Source: Styela clava (taxonomy: Eukaryota). From it: DNA of 64,000 nt. Positions 35,722-49,780 of the stretch are shown here, one piece after another; position 1 is the first letter of the stretch; each line of letters opens with the position of its first letter. Position numbers and translations under genes: made by a program. Under the pieces are notes generated by a model. It worked only from the letters and a program-made list of their open reading frames with translations. It searched no databases and was not told where the DNA came from. The stretch lies in contig NC_135250.1 in assembly GCF_964204865.1 (NCBI RefSeq), positions 9,486,001 through 9,550,000 of the forward strand. Reading direction: 5' to 3'.

Positions 35722-38309
35722 ATGCCGATTTTAGAACATGACAGTAATGACGTTTTTGAAGAACCAATCAAAATATCTGTTACAGAGGCCCTGTCATCAC
35801 TGCGTTTGATAAAAGTAAATGACCAAGTTCGAAGACTCCAGACAATAATAAGAGATAAGTATGTATTAATTTGATTCGTATGGATTATAGAAACTCTAAC
35901 TTTGTTTCAGGATATACATCTGTTAAATACTGTTGCCTATAAGATTTATGAATTTACTGATGCCGCATATATTACAGTATTAGGGATTTGATTCTGTGAC
36001 GAATAATGAAAATAATATTGTAATGCTGGTGTGTATCGTTTTGACTAATTTTTAAATTCGAAGAGAATGTAAGTTTGGATTAGACCAACTCTATTTCAAT
36101 CAAAATGATGTTCTATTACTATTTTCAATACTTTCTATTATTTCAATTTACTTACTATTTTTCAGAACTTCATCCCGAAGTGATTTCGTTTTCAATGCAG
36201 ATCGTTTAATCAGACTTGTTATTGAAGAAGGATTAAATTTACTTCCATATTCTACTTGTCAAATTGAGACACATTCAGATATAATGTGCAATGGGATTCG
36301 ATTTGATCGAGGAAATTGTGGTGTCAGTATTGTCAGAAGCGGTAAGATAACCTCATTCCTATATTCAGGATTACAAATGTGAACTTATTTTGTTTTGCTT
36401 TTTTCGTTGTTTGAAGTGCTAATTCTCTTTAATATTTATTTTATCATATGTAACCATCTCTATACTATATTGAACTTTTCCCATTCAAAGATCATATATC
36501 TGAACAGCTTCCGTGTAACTACTTCAATTTATGATTACTCAAAGCGAAGCCACAAGAGCTAATTTTTCAAGAGCTAATAAAAGAGTTTCGAAAGAGTATG
36601 CAACCAGTAACTGACGGTCAATAGATTCGAATCGTTCAAAGAATTAATTGACAAAAAGAGTAATCCTGAACTAATTGTTCAATTTCCTGTATTGCTTCTA
36701 TTATCTTATTTTGTGCAAAAAATATTCATTTAAAAAATATTGTCATGATTAATCTTTAAACAGTACTGGGATCACAACAAATTTTGTATCGAAAAAGTTC
36801 ATCTTCATTAATGTGCTATGTGCTACAATTCTTAAAATTTTAAACTTTTAAGCATAGAAATTTTGGCAAAATTCAAAATCATTACATTTTTAATGTTTAT
36901 TTTTGATATTCATAGGGGAAGCAATGGAACAAGGTCTTCGAGATTGTTGTCGGTCAATTCGTATTGGTAAAATTTTGATTCAATCAGAAGATGATACGCA
37001 ACAAGCTAAAGTATTTTATGCTAAATTACCACCAGATATTCACAGGAGAAAAGTATTGTTGATGTATCCTATCCTGTGTAAGTTTCAATATTTAAATTTT
37101 GGATGCAATTCAAAAACAGCCTTAAGTTCTTTTATGGTAACAGCGGGGCTTTCAAATCGGAAATGTGGCCGCAGAACCCTAGTGGTTAAAGTGTTAAACT
37201 TTACTATGGTGGCATAGCAGGTCAAACCTTGGGTTTGAATTCCAAGCCCAGCATATCACTCCAGGTATAATAAATTTGTTAAGGAATGCTGCACTGGAAA
37301 GATTCCACACCCTCACAACAATCGTTGCTCCTTTCTAGCAGTGACTGCTTGTGCATTGTCTTGTTCTGAGCAAAGGTGTATAAATACACTGTGCCATTAT
37401 TTACCCAATTAAATGTCTTTCTGCTGATCTATTTTGCAAAGAAGGAATTCCACTGTTACTAGTCGTCCATATTATCGATTTACTGCTGTTTAATGACACA
37501 CAATTTGAGCCTCGTAGTATAAGTTTCAGTTTGCTTCCTATTATGAATCGAATCATACCTTTTTCTACAGCATCGGGAAATACAGTTCTTAAAGCTGTTG
37601 ATGTCTTGAATGAACACAGTGTTCCAGACCACAATATTATATTACTGACATTGTTTTGCGCCCCAGAAGGTATGATGTGTATTTTTGTGTAAATATTCAT
37701 TCCCCTAGTATAATGGTAAATCGAAACTATGATGTGAATGAGGACTCTAACACTGATTTTTGCACAGTTCGCTGAATTGGATGTTATGAATAAGATCAGT
37801 GGCTCTTAAACTTTTATGTGCGATTACCCCTTTACAGCGCTCCATATCCCTCTGCAATACAACAAAAAACATAGGCTTATAAGCGAATTTATTAAAAATC
37901 TGATCTTCACCAAGTTTTTGTAAATACAAATATTTTGACTTTTTGAGAATACCCGCTCAGAGTTTCTCATCCCCCATTGTATCTCTTTTGCCCCCTAGAG
38001 GGCGATATTGCCTACTTCGGCAATCGCTATATCAGATAATATTGTATTGTATAAAATTGCGTAAAATAAGGTCGGGAGCCTCGCAGAAAAGTCGAAAAGA
38101 GAGTTTTACTGGCGATCGCCAACTACTACAGTAATGGAAGAGGGCTATATAGATAGTAGTCGTTGTATCAATAATCTAATTCTTTTCCTATGTTATCGAC
38201 AGGTGTCCATGCTGTGGCAAGCAAGCATCCAAACATTAGAATATTAACATCAGAAGTACATGAGAATGCACCAATATATTTTGGGAAGAAATATTTTGGA
38301 ACTGATTGA
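35722..38309 (+). CDS. UPRT: Uracil phosphoribosyltransferase homolog (metazoan type)
   Basis: Exons 35722-35858, 36166-36341, 36916-37077, 37571-37669, 38203-38309. Motifs: [77 protein letters not shown], and C-terminal FGKKYFGTD*. Confidence 0.95.
37170..37385 (+). mobile_element. tRNA-derived SINE (family A) in UPRT intron
   Basis: A-box CCTAGTGGTTAAAG, B-box-like GGTTTGAATTCC, and tail GTGACTGCTTGTGCATTGTCTTGTTCTGAGCAAAG shared with other copies. Confidence 0.65.
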
Positions 38310-41300
38310 ATGCAGACAAAATATTTATTGTAACAAATGGCTTGCAAATACAGGGGCTTCGCTTGAGATTAGAAAAAGAGAATGTGTTATTTTTATTTTG
38401 TCTATAAGCGTTGATAATCGTTTTCTCTTTATAAAGTATTTGCATTTTAATTCTGTAAATCAGGTGTTGATGAAGTCTTGGAAAATTTTTTGAAAAAGAG
38501 ACTTCTTGGATATCGTATATACTGTAGTTTGGTTAAAACTACGGTTTTACTGGTTTTATTTTCACAATGGATGCTAAAAATAATTATTTGTGTCATTGAA
38601 CAATATTAATGTAAAATACCATCAGTTTTATTCTTTGTACATCACTGTTTTTTTGCTCAATCATATATCCAAACCATATTTTTGTGTCTGTGTTATTGGG
38701 TGAAGGTATTTTTGAATACATATCATGAAATGATAGAGTTATATATTCTGAGGTAGCAGGAGGACTGGGAAAATCATGCAGCAGTGCTGAAAGTCAAGAC
38801 CAAATGCTTGACATCCTCATTGAAGATTTGATTCTCGCTGCCAATGTGTCTTATCCAGAAATCACGCTGTAGCTCTAGAGCTAACATAGCCCACCGGCCA
38901 AATTCACTAACCCATTTTGATGCTGCTACAACCAAATTTCAATTTAAAAAAAATGGCTCAAGGAATTTGACAGGATTGCGATTGAATTAAGATTTCGCAC
39001 AGGGCTTATTGTTTCCGCTTTTGTAAAACTGTAAATAGTAACTTTTACATCACACCAGCATGGCCCGCCAGTCTAAGTGGGCTCCTGGTCCAAAATCCTT
39101 GCCCCCTCCTGTTCTAGAGCTTAATTCCTTACTGCGGAGCTGGACTCTCCATGACCACTACCATGGAAGCAATGATATCTTGAGGTTTAAAACTGAAGTT
39201 TAAACTTTTAAAATATAAGTTTGGCGTGAGAAACTTCGAAATCAATATTGAAAATTTCAATGACAAAAATTACCAGCTGGAAAGGATAGATTTTATTATG
39301 TGGTATGAAATATAAGAAAACTATGAATGAGAAAAAAATGATTAGATAATTGGATAAATTTCTAATAGCGCCACGTCTATCTAATATGGTTAAGATAGGC
39401 TGCAACAAAACATTACAGCATTTCCAGCCCTGATTGATTCTGAACCTGCTTTTGGATATACCTGATAGACTCTCAATTGCTGATATGATAATATAAATAC
39501 TGCACTTTTCTCATATGTTCTATTTATTTTATGTTCAAAGGATCTCACAGCTCATCTACAACAAAATATATTATCGCACACACAAAAAATAAGATATTGG
39601 CTAGTCATAATTAAATTTAGAATATTTCCTAGACAGAAAATAAATATGCAATCATTATCTGTTATAGTAACTCTTATAAATTACCAGACATTACTAATAT
39701 CTATTGCACAAGGTACTGTGCTATGCCAGATTTAATAAATCCTAACAATGGGCATGACAGGTTAACACTTTTTGGCTTTTTGTATGCACTAGTACATGAC
39801 CCAAAGTTTGGATGCTTGTTTTTTCAACTAAAAGTCAAAAAATTTCGTATTTATTATGTTTCCTACTATTAATTGTATATTTGATAAGTATCACAGCGTG
39901 AAACTTGGCAGCATCTTTTGCTATGCTTGAATAAAACTATGTTACGCAAATGGCAAACGAGCGCAGCTTTCTCATTGGCAGGTTCAAGGTGATTTTGAAG
40001 GCTTAATTTGTATTATTATTCTAATTTTAATATTTAAGCATATATTCTTGGGACGCGAGATTCCACAAAATTTATTTTTCCTAAATTATGGTCAGTTAAA
40101 AAAAAGGTTGAAAAGGTCATGAAACAATTTTGTGGACAATATGTAAGTAAGGATATCAAATGACTCAAATTGGAATGAAAAATGGAACATTGTCATATAT
40201 ATAAAAACCATCTAGCAAAACAAAAGTTATTTCAAAATTCTTGCAACATACAGCTCTATAAAGTTCACACTCTTCCCACCATTCAAACTCAAATACCTAA
40301 CTACTCAAGTGAAACAACCATATAATATATTATGTCATAAACTAACTATGGAAGAACACATATAATCATCAATAGATATACACTTTTTTATGAAAAGGTA
40401 GTCATTCCTATATTAATAGATAGTTGAGTTGCATAGCATTTAACAAAGATGGAACGTTCTGCTAATGAAGTTTCGACAGCAATATGTGAAAACCAAAATG
40501 GAAATTTGAAGATGTTATGTCAACTTTACATGCAGGTGACATCTAGTTACTAAGTGATCACTGGAGCATAATTGAAGGAAAATGACTGTTTAAATGCTTG
40601 GCCATTGTAAAAATTTACCCGCATATTTCTAAAATTATACCTAAGTAAATCACTTCATTCAAACATTTTTAACATTGACAGAATTACAACAGTTGTATAT
40701 ATAGGTAATGCGTCATATCTGGGAGCAAACCAAGTTTTTCCAGCTCTGTTTAAGGGGTAGAACTGAACTGAATAAATGTAATGCATGATTTAATTCTAAA
40801 AACAATTCTATTATCATGGAAATTGAGAAATGGCATCCTCTTTTTTACGATTTAGTTACAAAGGCCGTCTTCAGAAAGGAGTGGTTTAGTAAAAAAGGAA
40901 CTGTTACAGCATGTCCTATTGACACGCAAACCTGATTTAAATTATAACGAGTAAATATTTAATTAACGGGTTGGGAACATATTAATTTTCATGATGTATA
41001 AAATTTGAATAAGCAGTGCCATGATTACAGAGGACAAACAAATGAATTATGTTGCCCATTCTCTTTTTACAGTGCAAAAACTACAACCTATATTTCCCAT
41101 ATTCTATTGGAATAAATTCAGACTACCCATAAAATATTGATCACTAAGCACGTTTTTCAAATTAGATATTTTCTGGTCACAAAATCATCCTTCAAATTTT
41201 CAAGTATACTGAATTAATAAATATATATATGAATGGTCAGGAAAGTTCAAAAATATGTTTGGGATTGATAACCTCTTCAAGCGCATTCTAAATCAATTCT

Positions 41301-41416
41301 AAAACCTTTTACACCGACGAAAGAAACCATAAACAATACCATACATTACCACAGCACCCTAGTTTCTATGGAACAAATTGGCAATAAGACACTAGATTCT
41401 AACTTCTGGCAGTACA

Positions 41417-42525
41417 CTATTTCGATCTATAATACTCAAAAACAGCTAGGATGATAATAATAAGTAAAATGAGAAAAAAGCATAATATCACAGACCACCA
41501 TTTTAAACCGCAATCCGCACCATTAGTTTTTTTAACTCTGTTTGGGGGAGGCATTGTCTGTTCGCTGGGATAAAATTGAATTGAAGACAGTACCTCATTT
41601 AAACTCTCATTGTGAGGTGTTTTATCATTTCCTATATCAGCTTTCTTGACGGTCTTTCTTATATCTTTATCAAGCTTTTTGAGGTAACTGTTCGTATCAT
41701 TTTTATCAGCTGCGTCAACACGTTTTGGTCTGTTGGATTGCACTAAAAGTGATGCTGTTTCTTCTAAACTTTCTGAAGAATCAAATTCAGAAGAAGATTG
41801 TATTTCAGGACTCGTATTTTGCGATGATTTACCGGAACTATCAGCATGGCTTGGCAAGATAGTTTCGAAAGAACGTTTCACATCAGAGTCAATACTGGTT
41901 GAAATAAGAGCAGATGAAGAAGCAGTATCTTGTGAATAAAACTGATCATAAATTTCTCGATGTCTTTGTTTTTCCTCAGGAACTGTTAGTAAACTGTAGC
42001 GACTTACAGGTATTTTAATAGTTTTTAAAGCATAAAAATCCTGTTCCTTTATCAGTCCGTTTGCTCTTTTGATGTCATTAATCTGAAAAAATATGAAATA
42101 TAAAACAAAATGACTGATAAAAGAAATTTTATGATAGATAAATAACACCAAATAAATAATATACTGTGTGAAATTTAAACAATCTTTATACAACTTACAG
42201 AGCATCCATATCGCAGTGAAAAAGATTGCAACGTATCGTTAGGCAGTATATCTTCGGTGAGTAACACAGTGTTTGATTTATTTCCATTACTAAAATTTCC
42301 ACTTTCTCCATTTTTATTATAATTGGTATCTTTTAATTCAATTAGTTGAGTATCATCGTGCGTTTCTTTTACTTTTCTCCGCAAGCTGCTTTTTACGACA
42401 CCGGATATTTCATCCGAACTGCTTGTTTGATGACCAGATGATGATAATGTATTATATTTCAAATAAGACTCTTTTTTGCTTAATAAAGCAGTGTCAGCAT
42501 TTTTATATAATGCAGTACTACTCAT
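41417..42525 (-). CDS. LYSMD3: LysM domain-containing single-pass membrane protein (LYSMD3/4-like), ~330 aa
   Basis: Exons 42525-42199 and 42082-41417. The LysM domain ILPNDTLQSFSLRYGCS|INDIKRANGLIKEQDFYALKTIKIP spans the intron. The C-terminus has GADCGLKWW followed by a hydrophobic TM segment. A probable non-coding first exon lies at ~43091-43270. Confidence 0.88.
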
Positions 42526-44246
42526 TGCATTATGTTATTGAGCTAAAATAATATTGAGAAATATAAAAAACCAAATATTCCCGATAATTGTGCTATTGGT
42601 GAGCTTTTTGCGACCACGAATCCTTCTTCTACATTTTCGATATGGCATTTGTTTAAGAATTTTCAATATACATAATACAGTAGGCCTATGGGGTCTCGTG
42701 AAGTAAATGCTGTTACTGCTTAAATAACACCAAAAAAACGTGATGTGAAAAGAAAATATAACGTTAACCCAAACTTTGATTTTTTTAAAATAAAGGTCTG
42801 TCTCGATGGATCGATACACTTTATTTGGCATAGGACATCAATGCTTGGTTTAAAATTGAGTGGGTTGGATTTGAATTATACACGTGTTTCAAGAATTTCA
42901 CTCTGTCTGTCAGATGATATTGGGCTGAAAAATTTCTCGGAAATAGCAAAAGATTTTTGTTTTTAAGGTTTCACATTGTGTATTCAAAACAGTTTTGTAG
43001 AAATGAATAATCTCTGCCGAACAATCTATACAATAACGGTACCTCAGCTTACTGGCTTACACAATTGAGGAATCAATCAATTGACCTTACTCCTACTGCA
43101 GTACTGTCTTATGCCTGTATGGTATGCCGTCATTAACTTGCATCTAACTTCACTGCCAGCTACTGACTTTCACTTCGAATGGTCACTTTTCTTACGATTA
43201 TCTTCAGATCTGGCTCCAGGTTTTGGAAAACAATTCCACCTGCCTGAGGTGAAGACTCGAACTTGAAAAATTTCCAAGAATGACGGCGCCACTATGACGT
43301 CAGAAATAAACTCACCTGGAACTAACCATCCATGTCAAAATTACGTAAATATCTTCGGGTCGAACACTAGTGGTAGTGGAGAGCCGGAACCTGTAGTCTG
43401 GAATCCGGATAAAAAATTTTCTCGCTGAAAGTAACGAGCCACCAAGTTTAATCACAACTTTGATCACATAAAAGTGAAATTAATTTCATTCAACGTTCGG
43501 AAAATTACCGACATCCGGGCTTTTTGAGTAGGGCTTATATTGAAATCATTTTTTAAAATTCAGGTAGGTCTTATTTATAGGCTAGGTCTTATTTTCAGGG
43601 AAACAAGGTATTTCGAATGTTACAAAGCTGTTGTTAGAATAGGTCACAATTAGTGACAAAAATTAATATTATACGAGGGCGGGTTAATCAAGATTTGGTC
43701 AAAATAATTTTTTTTCAAATATAGAGCATGTACATTAGATCAAAATTCAGTAGGGTTTTTGTTCGACTAGTCGGTATCAAGACGGGATTATAAATTCTGT
43801 TGGCTGTACAAGGTAAACGGTCGGGCAGGTAATATGTGGCTAGATTCTCGATACAAATAGAAGCCAGGAAGTGAATTGTGGTCTGGACCAGTTATTAGCC
43901 ATTTCTTCGTGCCGTCCGTGTTGAGCTTGACGTTGGGTTGAGCTGTTTTATGGCATTACTGGGTCTAATCAATTCCAGTCATGGCATTATGAATGAGAAT
44001 CGATTGCTGTATTTATTTTCATAACAATGACCAATCAGCAAAAATGACTCAACAATTGCAATTTGCGCAGCCGCTCAGACTATTGAATCATTGGTTCATA
44101 CAGATATTCAAGCAATTCGAGGGCCGGGAAACATCCATTTCTGGCATTTGACTTTCACGACTTGGATCAGCTAGTTGTTGTCAAGTTTTTAATGCGGTTG
44201 ATAGACTATCCGATTGGGCGCTTGTTTCCCGGAAAATATGACCACC

Positions 44247-47200
44247 CAGTGGCGGCGCATGGTCATTTTGACAACCGGGGCAAGCTACTGCGGGACCAAG
44301 TCACCCCCATCTACGAGGACAGGATGAGCGCTGTAAGTTCTCCCATCATTTTATGAATATAAAAACCATTCCATCGGTAACAACCAATCGGCAAAAGCGA
44401 CAATTTTTAACGATAAGAAAGTGTCTTTAAAACCGGTCCAAGTCAAGGGATTAATAAATATAGACATAGTTTATTTTGAAACCTCTTTCAAAAGGAAAGG
44501 CAATATTTACCCAGATAAATAAAATGGCACATTAACAGAAACTTCGGGAAAGCAGACAAAACCTAAAATAAGGTTTGAAAAATGTTACTATGAAGAAAGG
44601 AAAGTTAATGCAAAGATAAGGACATGCGTCGCTCACTCATAGATATATATGCTGCTAGACTTCTACTGCTTGAACATATATGCAACACGCCGCGGTTTCT
44701 TGGAAGCAAAATGCTCAATAACGCGCTGATTAAAGTCATGCATCCCAGAAATAACGTCTCTGTGAATGGATAAAACAGCCAAGAAATTTAATCTATCTTG
44801 CTTCATTGTGTTTCTGAGATACGTTTTAATACGCTTCAGCGTGCTGAATGTTCGCTCTGCGTCGGCGGAAGAAATGGGCGTCGTCAAAATGATGTCCAGA
44901 AATTTTGCAGACGCCGCAAAGGTAGTTACTAGAGTGTTATCTATGAGGAACCCATAGAGCGCGCAAGTTGATGTGATGTTCAAAAAAGTTTGATTGGTGT
45001 ATATAAATCGCAATTCATTTTCCAATTTACCCACGTTTATTATGGGGTAAAATTTGGAGACAGTAGCCAACAAATGGATGGGAAATTGACGTGCAAATTT
45101 TGAAAAATTTTTGAGGTTCATCAAAGAGAACGCGGCAAGGTGTTCAGTGCGCAGACAATCGCCTATTTGATTCACCAGAATGTCACAGCATTCCTTTGCA
45201 GACAAAATCAAACGCTGCGTTGTTTGCCCGCGGCGTAAAGAAGCACTCCATGTGTCGTCGTATTTTATTGTTTCCCGGATACGAGATACAGCATCGCAGA
45301 AGTCTGAAATACACGACTACACAGACGCTCCATCCATTAGCCTTGACTGCAATGCGCCGTATAATACATCCACGTAATAGAATATTGTGGAGAAAAAAGC
45401 GAGAAAAAATGAAAACTCACCATCTTCTAGCAGACGCTTTAGACCTGCCGCCTCCCTCACAGAGCGTTCGTCCCAAACCGGAGAGCTCTGAATGCCATTG
45501 AAACACTCAATGAGCTCAGATCTAATTTCGAACACGCCCTGCACCACGCGTGATTGGAAGTTCCAACGTGTTGGTGCAAAAGCTGGGAGACGGCGGCTAC
45601 ATATCTGGCGAAGGAGGTCAGAGCGCTTCGGCGAAACGGAAAAAAATGAAGAAAACCCCGAAACATTTGCAAAAAATATACGGACGAGAGGGGTATCAAG
45701 ACACATATTTTTAATAACGAGGTTAAATTGGTGTGCATAACAATGTAAAAAATGCGCATGAGGAAAATCTTCTTTTATATAAACTTGAACACCATGTTTC
45801 GACCCACTCATGACTGCCGCGCCGTCATAAGTTTGAGCTATCAATTTTGACTTCGCGTTGTAAGGCTGTAACACTTCTTTCAGTACAGCCGATATCCCGC
45901 AAGCCGTGCGATCAACGATTGGTACAAAGCTGTGAAATCTCTCGGTAGGTTTACCATCTTTCACAAACCGAAAAATCACAGCCACTCGGGAAACGCACGT
46001 GATGTCAGTTGTCTCGTCAGACTGAATCGAAAGGAACTGGCAATTCTCAATTTCCAGAGCCAAATGTTGTAAATAAATTGTATACATTGAGTCGAGCAAA
46101 TCATTTTGGATATCCTTAGATGTCCCTTTCGAAACAGTTGCGGCATCAAGATGATCTCTCAATACTGTATCTAGGGAAGCGGTGTATTCCACCATATCCA
46201 AAAATACCCCTCTATTAGAAGAGCCAGCCCGTTCATCGTGCCCATGGAGGGACAGCTCGTGACAACCAATGAACTTCAAAACATCTATCAACCGACCGAG
46301 AACATGGCGGTTTTTCTCGACGTTTTGGTTGTGCCGACGAATAGAAACCGCGCGTCCTTCATCCAACTGTGCTGCAATATTAACATTTCCGAATGTTCGG
46401 TATTTTACTGCATTGTCCAGATGCTCCATAGAAGATTGATGATCCCTGGCACGCTCGGAAAGATGTTCAAGATCTCTAAAACCAAATTTACACCAACGTG
46501 AGTCACGGGCGGTAGCAATAAGTAGGCAATAAAAACAAAAAAGTGCATTTTTGTCCTCGTTGTAACACAACCATTCGTGTTTTTTATACCAAGTTTCTGC
46601 GCAGAATGTACGCCGACGCTTTCCTCCGTCATGGGATTGTTCCAGTGAACAATTTTTTGGTTGATAAGGCCCAAGACGTTGTACCTCTAATTTTTGTTCC
46701 AGCGGCAGCTGCGAAAACGGAGTGCGAAGTAGTGCATCAACCTTATTCATTATGAGGTCTAAGGCTAAGAAATGCGAAGCCGGAAAGAAGTGAGGAGCTC
46801 AAAAGGAATGTGGAAAATCGAAAGCAAATGGACTAAAGGTCTCTAACTGATTCAAATAGCGAAACAAGCGACAAAAACGAAGGCGAGGAAACTATCAACT
46901 CTTTAAGCAACCAACGAACGAGAAGGAATGCGTGAATAAGTCAACACGTTGTTGTAAGAAACGTCGGCATTGTGTCGTCATAATTTCGGGGCTAGCCCCC
47001 GATGATTTAGTAAAAGTAACAGAAAACAAACGAGACAAACGCGGCGAGTGGAAGATAAAAGAGAGAATACGATATACAATGAGCAACCGGGGCAAAATCG
47101 GCGTCGCCCCGTCGACGTTCGGCGAAGGCTTTGCGAGCGAAAAATGAACCATGTCGGAAGAATATGGCTAGTGTAGACAGTCTGTGCAACCGATATTGAG

Positions 47201-47270
47201 GTATTTTTTATTATACCGAAAAAACAACCGGGGAATTGCCCCGGTTGGCCCTATTGACGCGCCGCCACTG
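44247..47270 (-). mobile_element. Full-length hAT transposon (3024 bp)
   Basis: Perfect 12-bp TIRs CAGTGGCGGCGC, perfect 8-bp TSD TGACCACC (44239-44246, 47271-47278), and subterminal CAACCGGGG motifs at both ends. Confidence 0.95.
44663..46750 (-). pseudogene. hAT transposase (TTF-type zinc finger/DUF4371, ZMYM1-like family), ~695 codons, one in-frame TAG at 45319-45317
   Basis: The 477-aa and 182-aa ORFs are in the same frame, and the 35 codons between them are stop-free. Motifs: WLCY..FCFYC, SIQSDETTD, AQTYDGAAVMSG, HCYAH, PTRW, SSADAERTFSTLKRIKTYLRNTM. Confidence 0.9.
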
Positions 47271-49320
47271 TGACCACCATTGTTTATGTTGGACCGTGAA
47301 CCGACCATGCTTCATCACTGCACACTCTCTCGGTTCAATTCGTCGCCTGCTATTGCTCGATTTTGGTGTTGCAGGCAAATTAGCCTACAGTAATTATTGA
47401 TGTCGCCCTTGTTCTAAATTAGTTTCCCAAAACAGATGTGATTGTTTTGCTATGAATCCGTGATTGCGATACTTGAAAGATCTCCACTCATCCCTGAAAA
47501 GTGGAGACATATATGCACTCGCGTACTGAGGGAACGGAGGTCATGGCTCCTTCTCTTCCCCTCCTGTTTAAAACGCATATTATGACGTCACGTTTTCTGG
47601 TTTGCGTTTATTACAGCTCAATTTCTTTTAAATACAAGTTGTTCATTCAGTACGCATCTGTCTGAAATGAACAATTATTCAGAAATGATTTTGAAATATA
47701 AATTTAGACGTTTACGTTCTTCATTTGTTATCAACGTGCGTTTACAAACCCGGACTTCATGGTCTATGACTCTATATAATCGTACTCGGTTGGCGAAGAG
47801 ACGACGTAAATCGACTATCTAATTGTAAAAACCTCCCAATCCTCCAATCCAATGGACACTGCATTGTCATGGTATGTATCCAACGCCCGCCCGTTGATTG
47901 AAACAGTGGCGAGAGCTACAGGAAAACAACTCTTGGCAATGCTAGGTTCGGTTGCACGAATCACTTCTTTTCCACTATTGTCTCATTCTCTAAGGTTGAG
48001 GTTTTTTTGGGTTTCAGGGGCTTAATTATATAGGCATCGCAAACAGTTTCCGGTACGTGTAAACCATTGGTGACTTGCTCTAAGTGTGGATTCGCGAATG
48101 AGATCTATGTGCTCAATTATTGTCGTGCGATCAAAATTAGGCATGGGGAGATCTTGACTCACCTTCCTATATTCAGATTTTTTTAAACACAAAAAAAATC
48201 TCGGATATAATATCACATGAGCGCAATATAAATAACAACTAACATTGCTGCAAGGCGTGACAATACCTGCCATTAGTTTTCATAGAAAAATTATTCCCCC
48301 TAATCACTTGTACGGATTCGTTTTCATATGGATATAAAAGTGTCTTTTTATCATTAAATTGATGAGTCAATATTCGGAAGTACTTTTTTTTGTGTGTGAT
48401 AAATATAAAACTGCAACTCTCGCGTATCGGTAGTTTTCCTAAATAAAAGTTTAACGGAAAGCAAATTTCAACAGAATAGTTTCGCAAACACAGAGAATGT
48501 ACTATTACCAGGCCACTCTAGCAAGATACTCGGATAAATTATTTGATAAGAAATCGGATTTTAACGAGAATGCGTATTTTGTTTATTTAATTTTATGAAC
48601 TTCTAAAGTTACCGTATATTTATGTTTGTACTAGCAACTATGTTAGGGCACCTCTGAGTATGATGTAGTAAGTACTTAACCAAAAAAATTCAGGTAAGCA
48701 AGATGCTTGTGCATTACACGAAAGCGTAATATCTTATATTCAAAGAACCAAATTATAAGTATATTATGTTTAATCGATGCAATTATATCAAATCAAAAAT
48801 GAAACTTAATGGAAATCGAAAATCTGAATGAGCTTTTATTATTATTCGAAAAAAAGAAAAATAATAAGCCTAATATCAAAATTATTAGATTTATTTCAAT
48901 TTCAAAATATTTACCATGATAATTTCGCGACAAAACGGTTTCATTCACAAGAAAGACTGGTACTTTAAAGAAGTAGAATTTCTACGAAATGTGTTATACT
49001 GTAGGGAAGTCTACGACCCAGTGGTGCCATTAATTATAATTATAATCCATTATGTATATACGTTTAATTTATGAGTTTCGTCACTTGTCAGAATTAAAAT
49101 TATGCGCAATTTCGACCACGAATGATTAATTTATGGGGAAATTATTATTAATTTTTTATTTAATGAATTCCTGGATAAAAAAGCAAAAATCCTTCGAGAC
49201 TCGTTTACATGACTGGCTATTCTTGATGTGGTAACGCAAATTGAAAAAAGGTTGTGCGTAATTGCTGGAATTTGACGTCTAACGCAAGTATATTTTGCAA
49301 GATTTTTCATAGTAAAATGG

Positions 49321-49327
49321 TATAAAA
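49321..49327 (+). promoter_or_regulatory. Candidate TATA box of peptide gene copy 1 (copy 2: 57136-57142)
   Basis: TATAAAA is conserved in both copies. It is followed by a likely non-coding exon (donor GTAAGG/GTAGGG) and an acceptor TATCACAG ~75 nt before the ATG. Confidence 0.5.
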
Positions 49328-49780
49328 TGACAACACACCACAATATTTAGACAGCATTGCAAGTTGTCTTCCGACATGACAAAGATTGCTGATTAGTTGT
49401 AAGGCTGCGTATCGCGAGAAATATGGAATAAATGACTGAATGAAATTTGAATGTTTCAAAGAATTGAGCTGTATCATCAACATCGATCGACTATATGTAC
49501 TTCATATAGTTATAGTAATACGTATGTGTTTCTCGATCGAATAGCCAATTTTTTATTGTAATTCACTATTTTTTATGTAATGTTGTTTTCACGATTAGGG
49601 TAGTTTAAAGCTATTTGTGCGCGGACTTACTGTTATCTACATAATATTTGATTATGTACTCTTAAGATAATAATTACTATAATAATTATATTTTTTTTAT
49701 CACAGTTTTGAAGGTAGAGCTTATCGTAGCTTAAAACTTTTCGTTCGAAGAAGGCTGAATACAGTGATAATATCGGAAAC

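Larger units (their letters stand above)
43674..47500 (-). mobile_element. Probable decayed Tc1/mariner relic split by the hAT insertion (flanks 43674-44246 and 47279-~47500)
   Basis: TA-CGAGGG terminus at 43672-43679. Minus-strand fragments IAGDE, SDEAW and LIHNA loosely resemble DD(D/E) motifs, with many stops. Second TIR not found. Confidence 0.35.

Noticed and set aside
45317-45319. Programmed readthrough or recoding of the transposase TAG
   Set aside because: No recognisable readthrough context; a simple nonsense mutation or base-call error is more parsimonious.
49131-49343. 70-aa minus-strand ORF present in both duplicated units (also 56946-57158)
   Set aside because: Non-ATG start and overlaps the peptide gene promoter; its persistence is explained by recent duplication.
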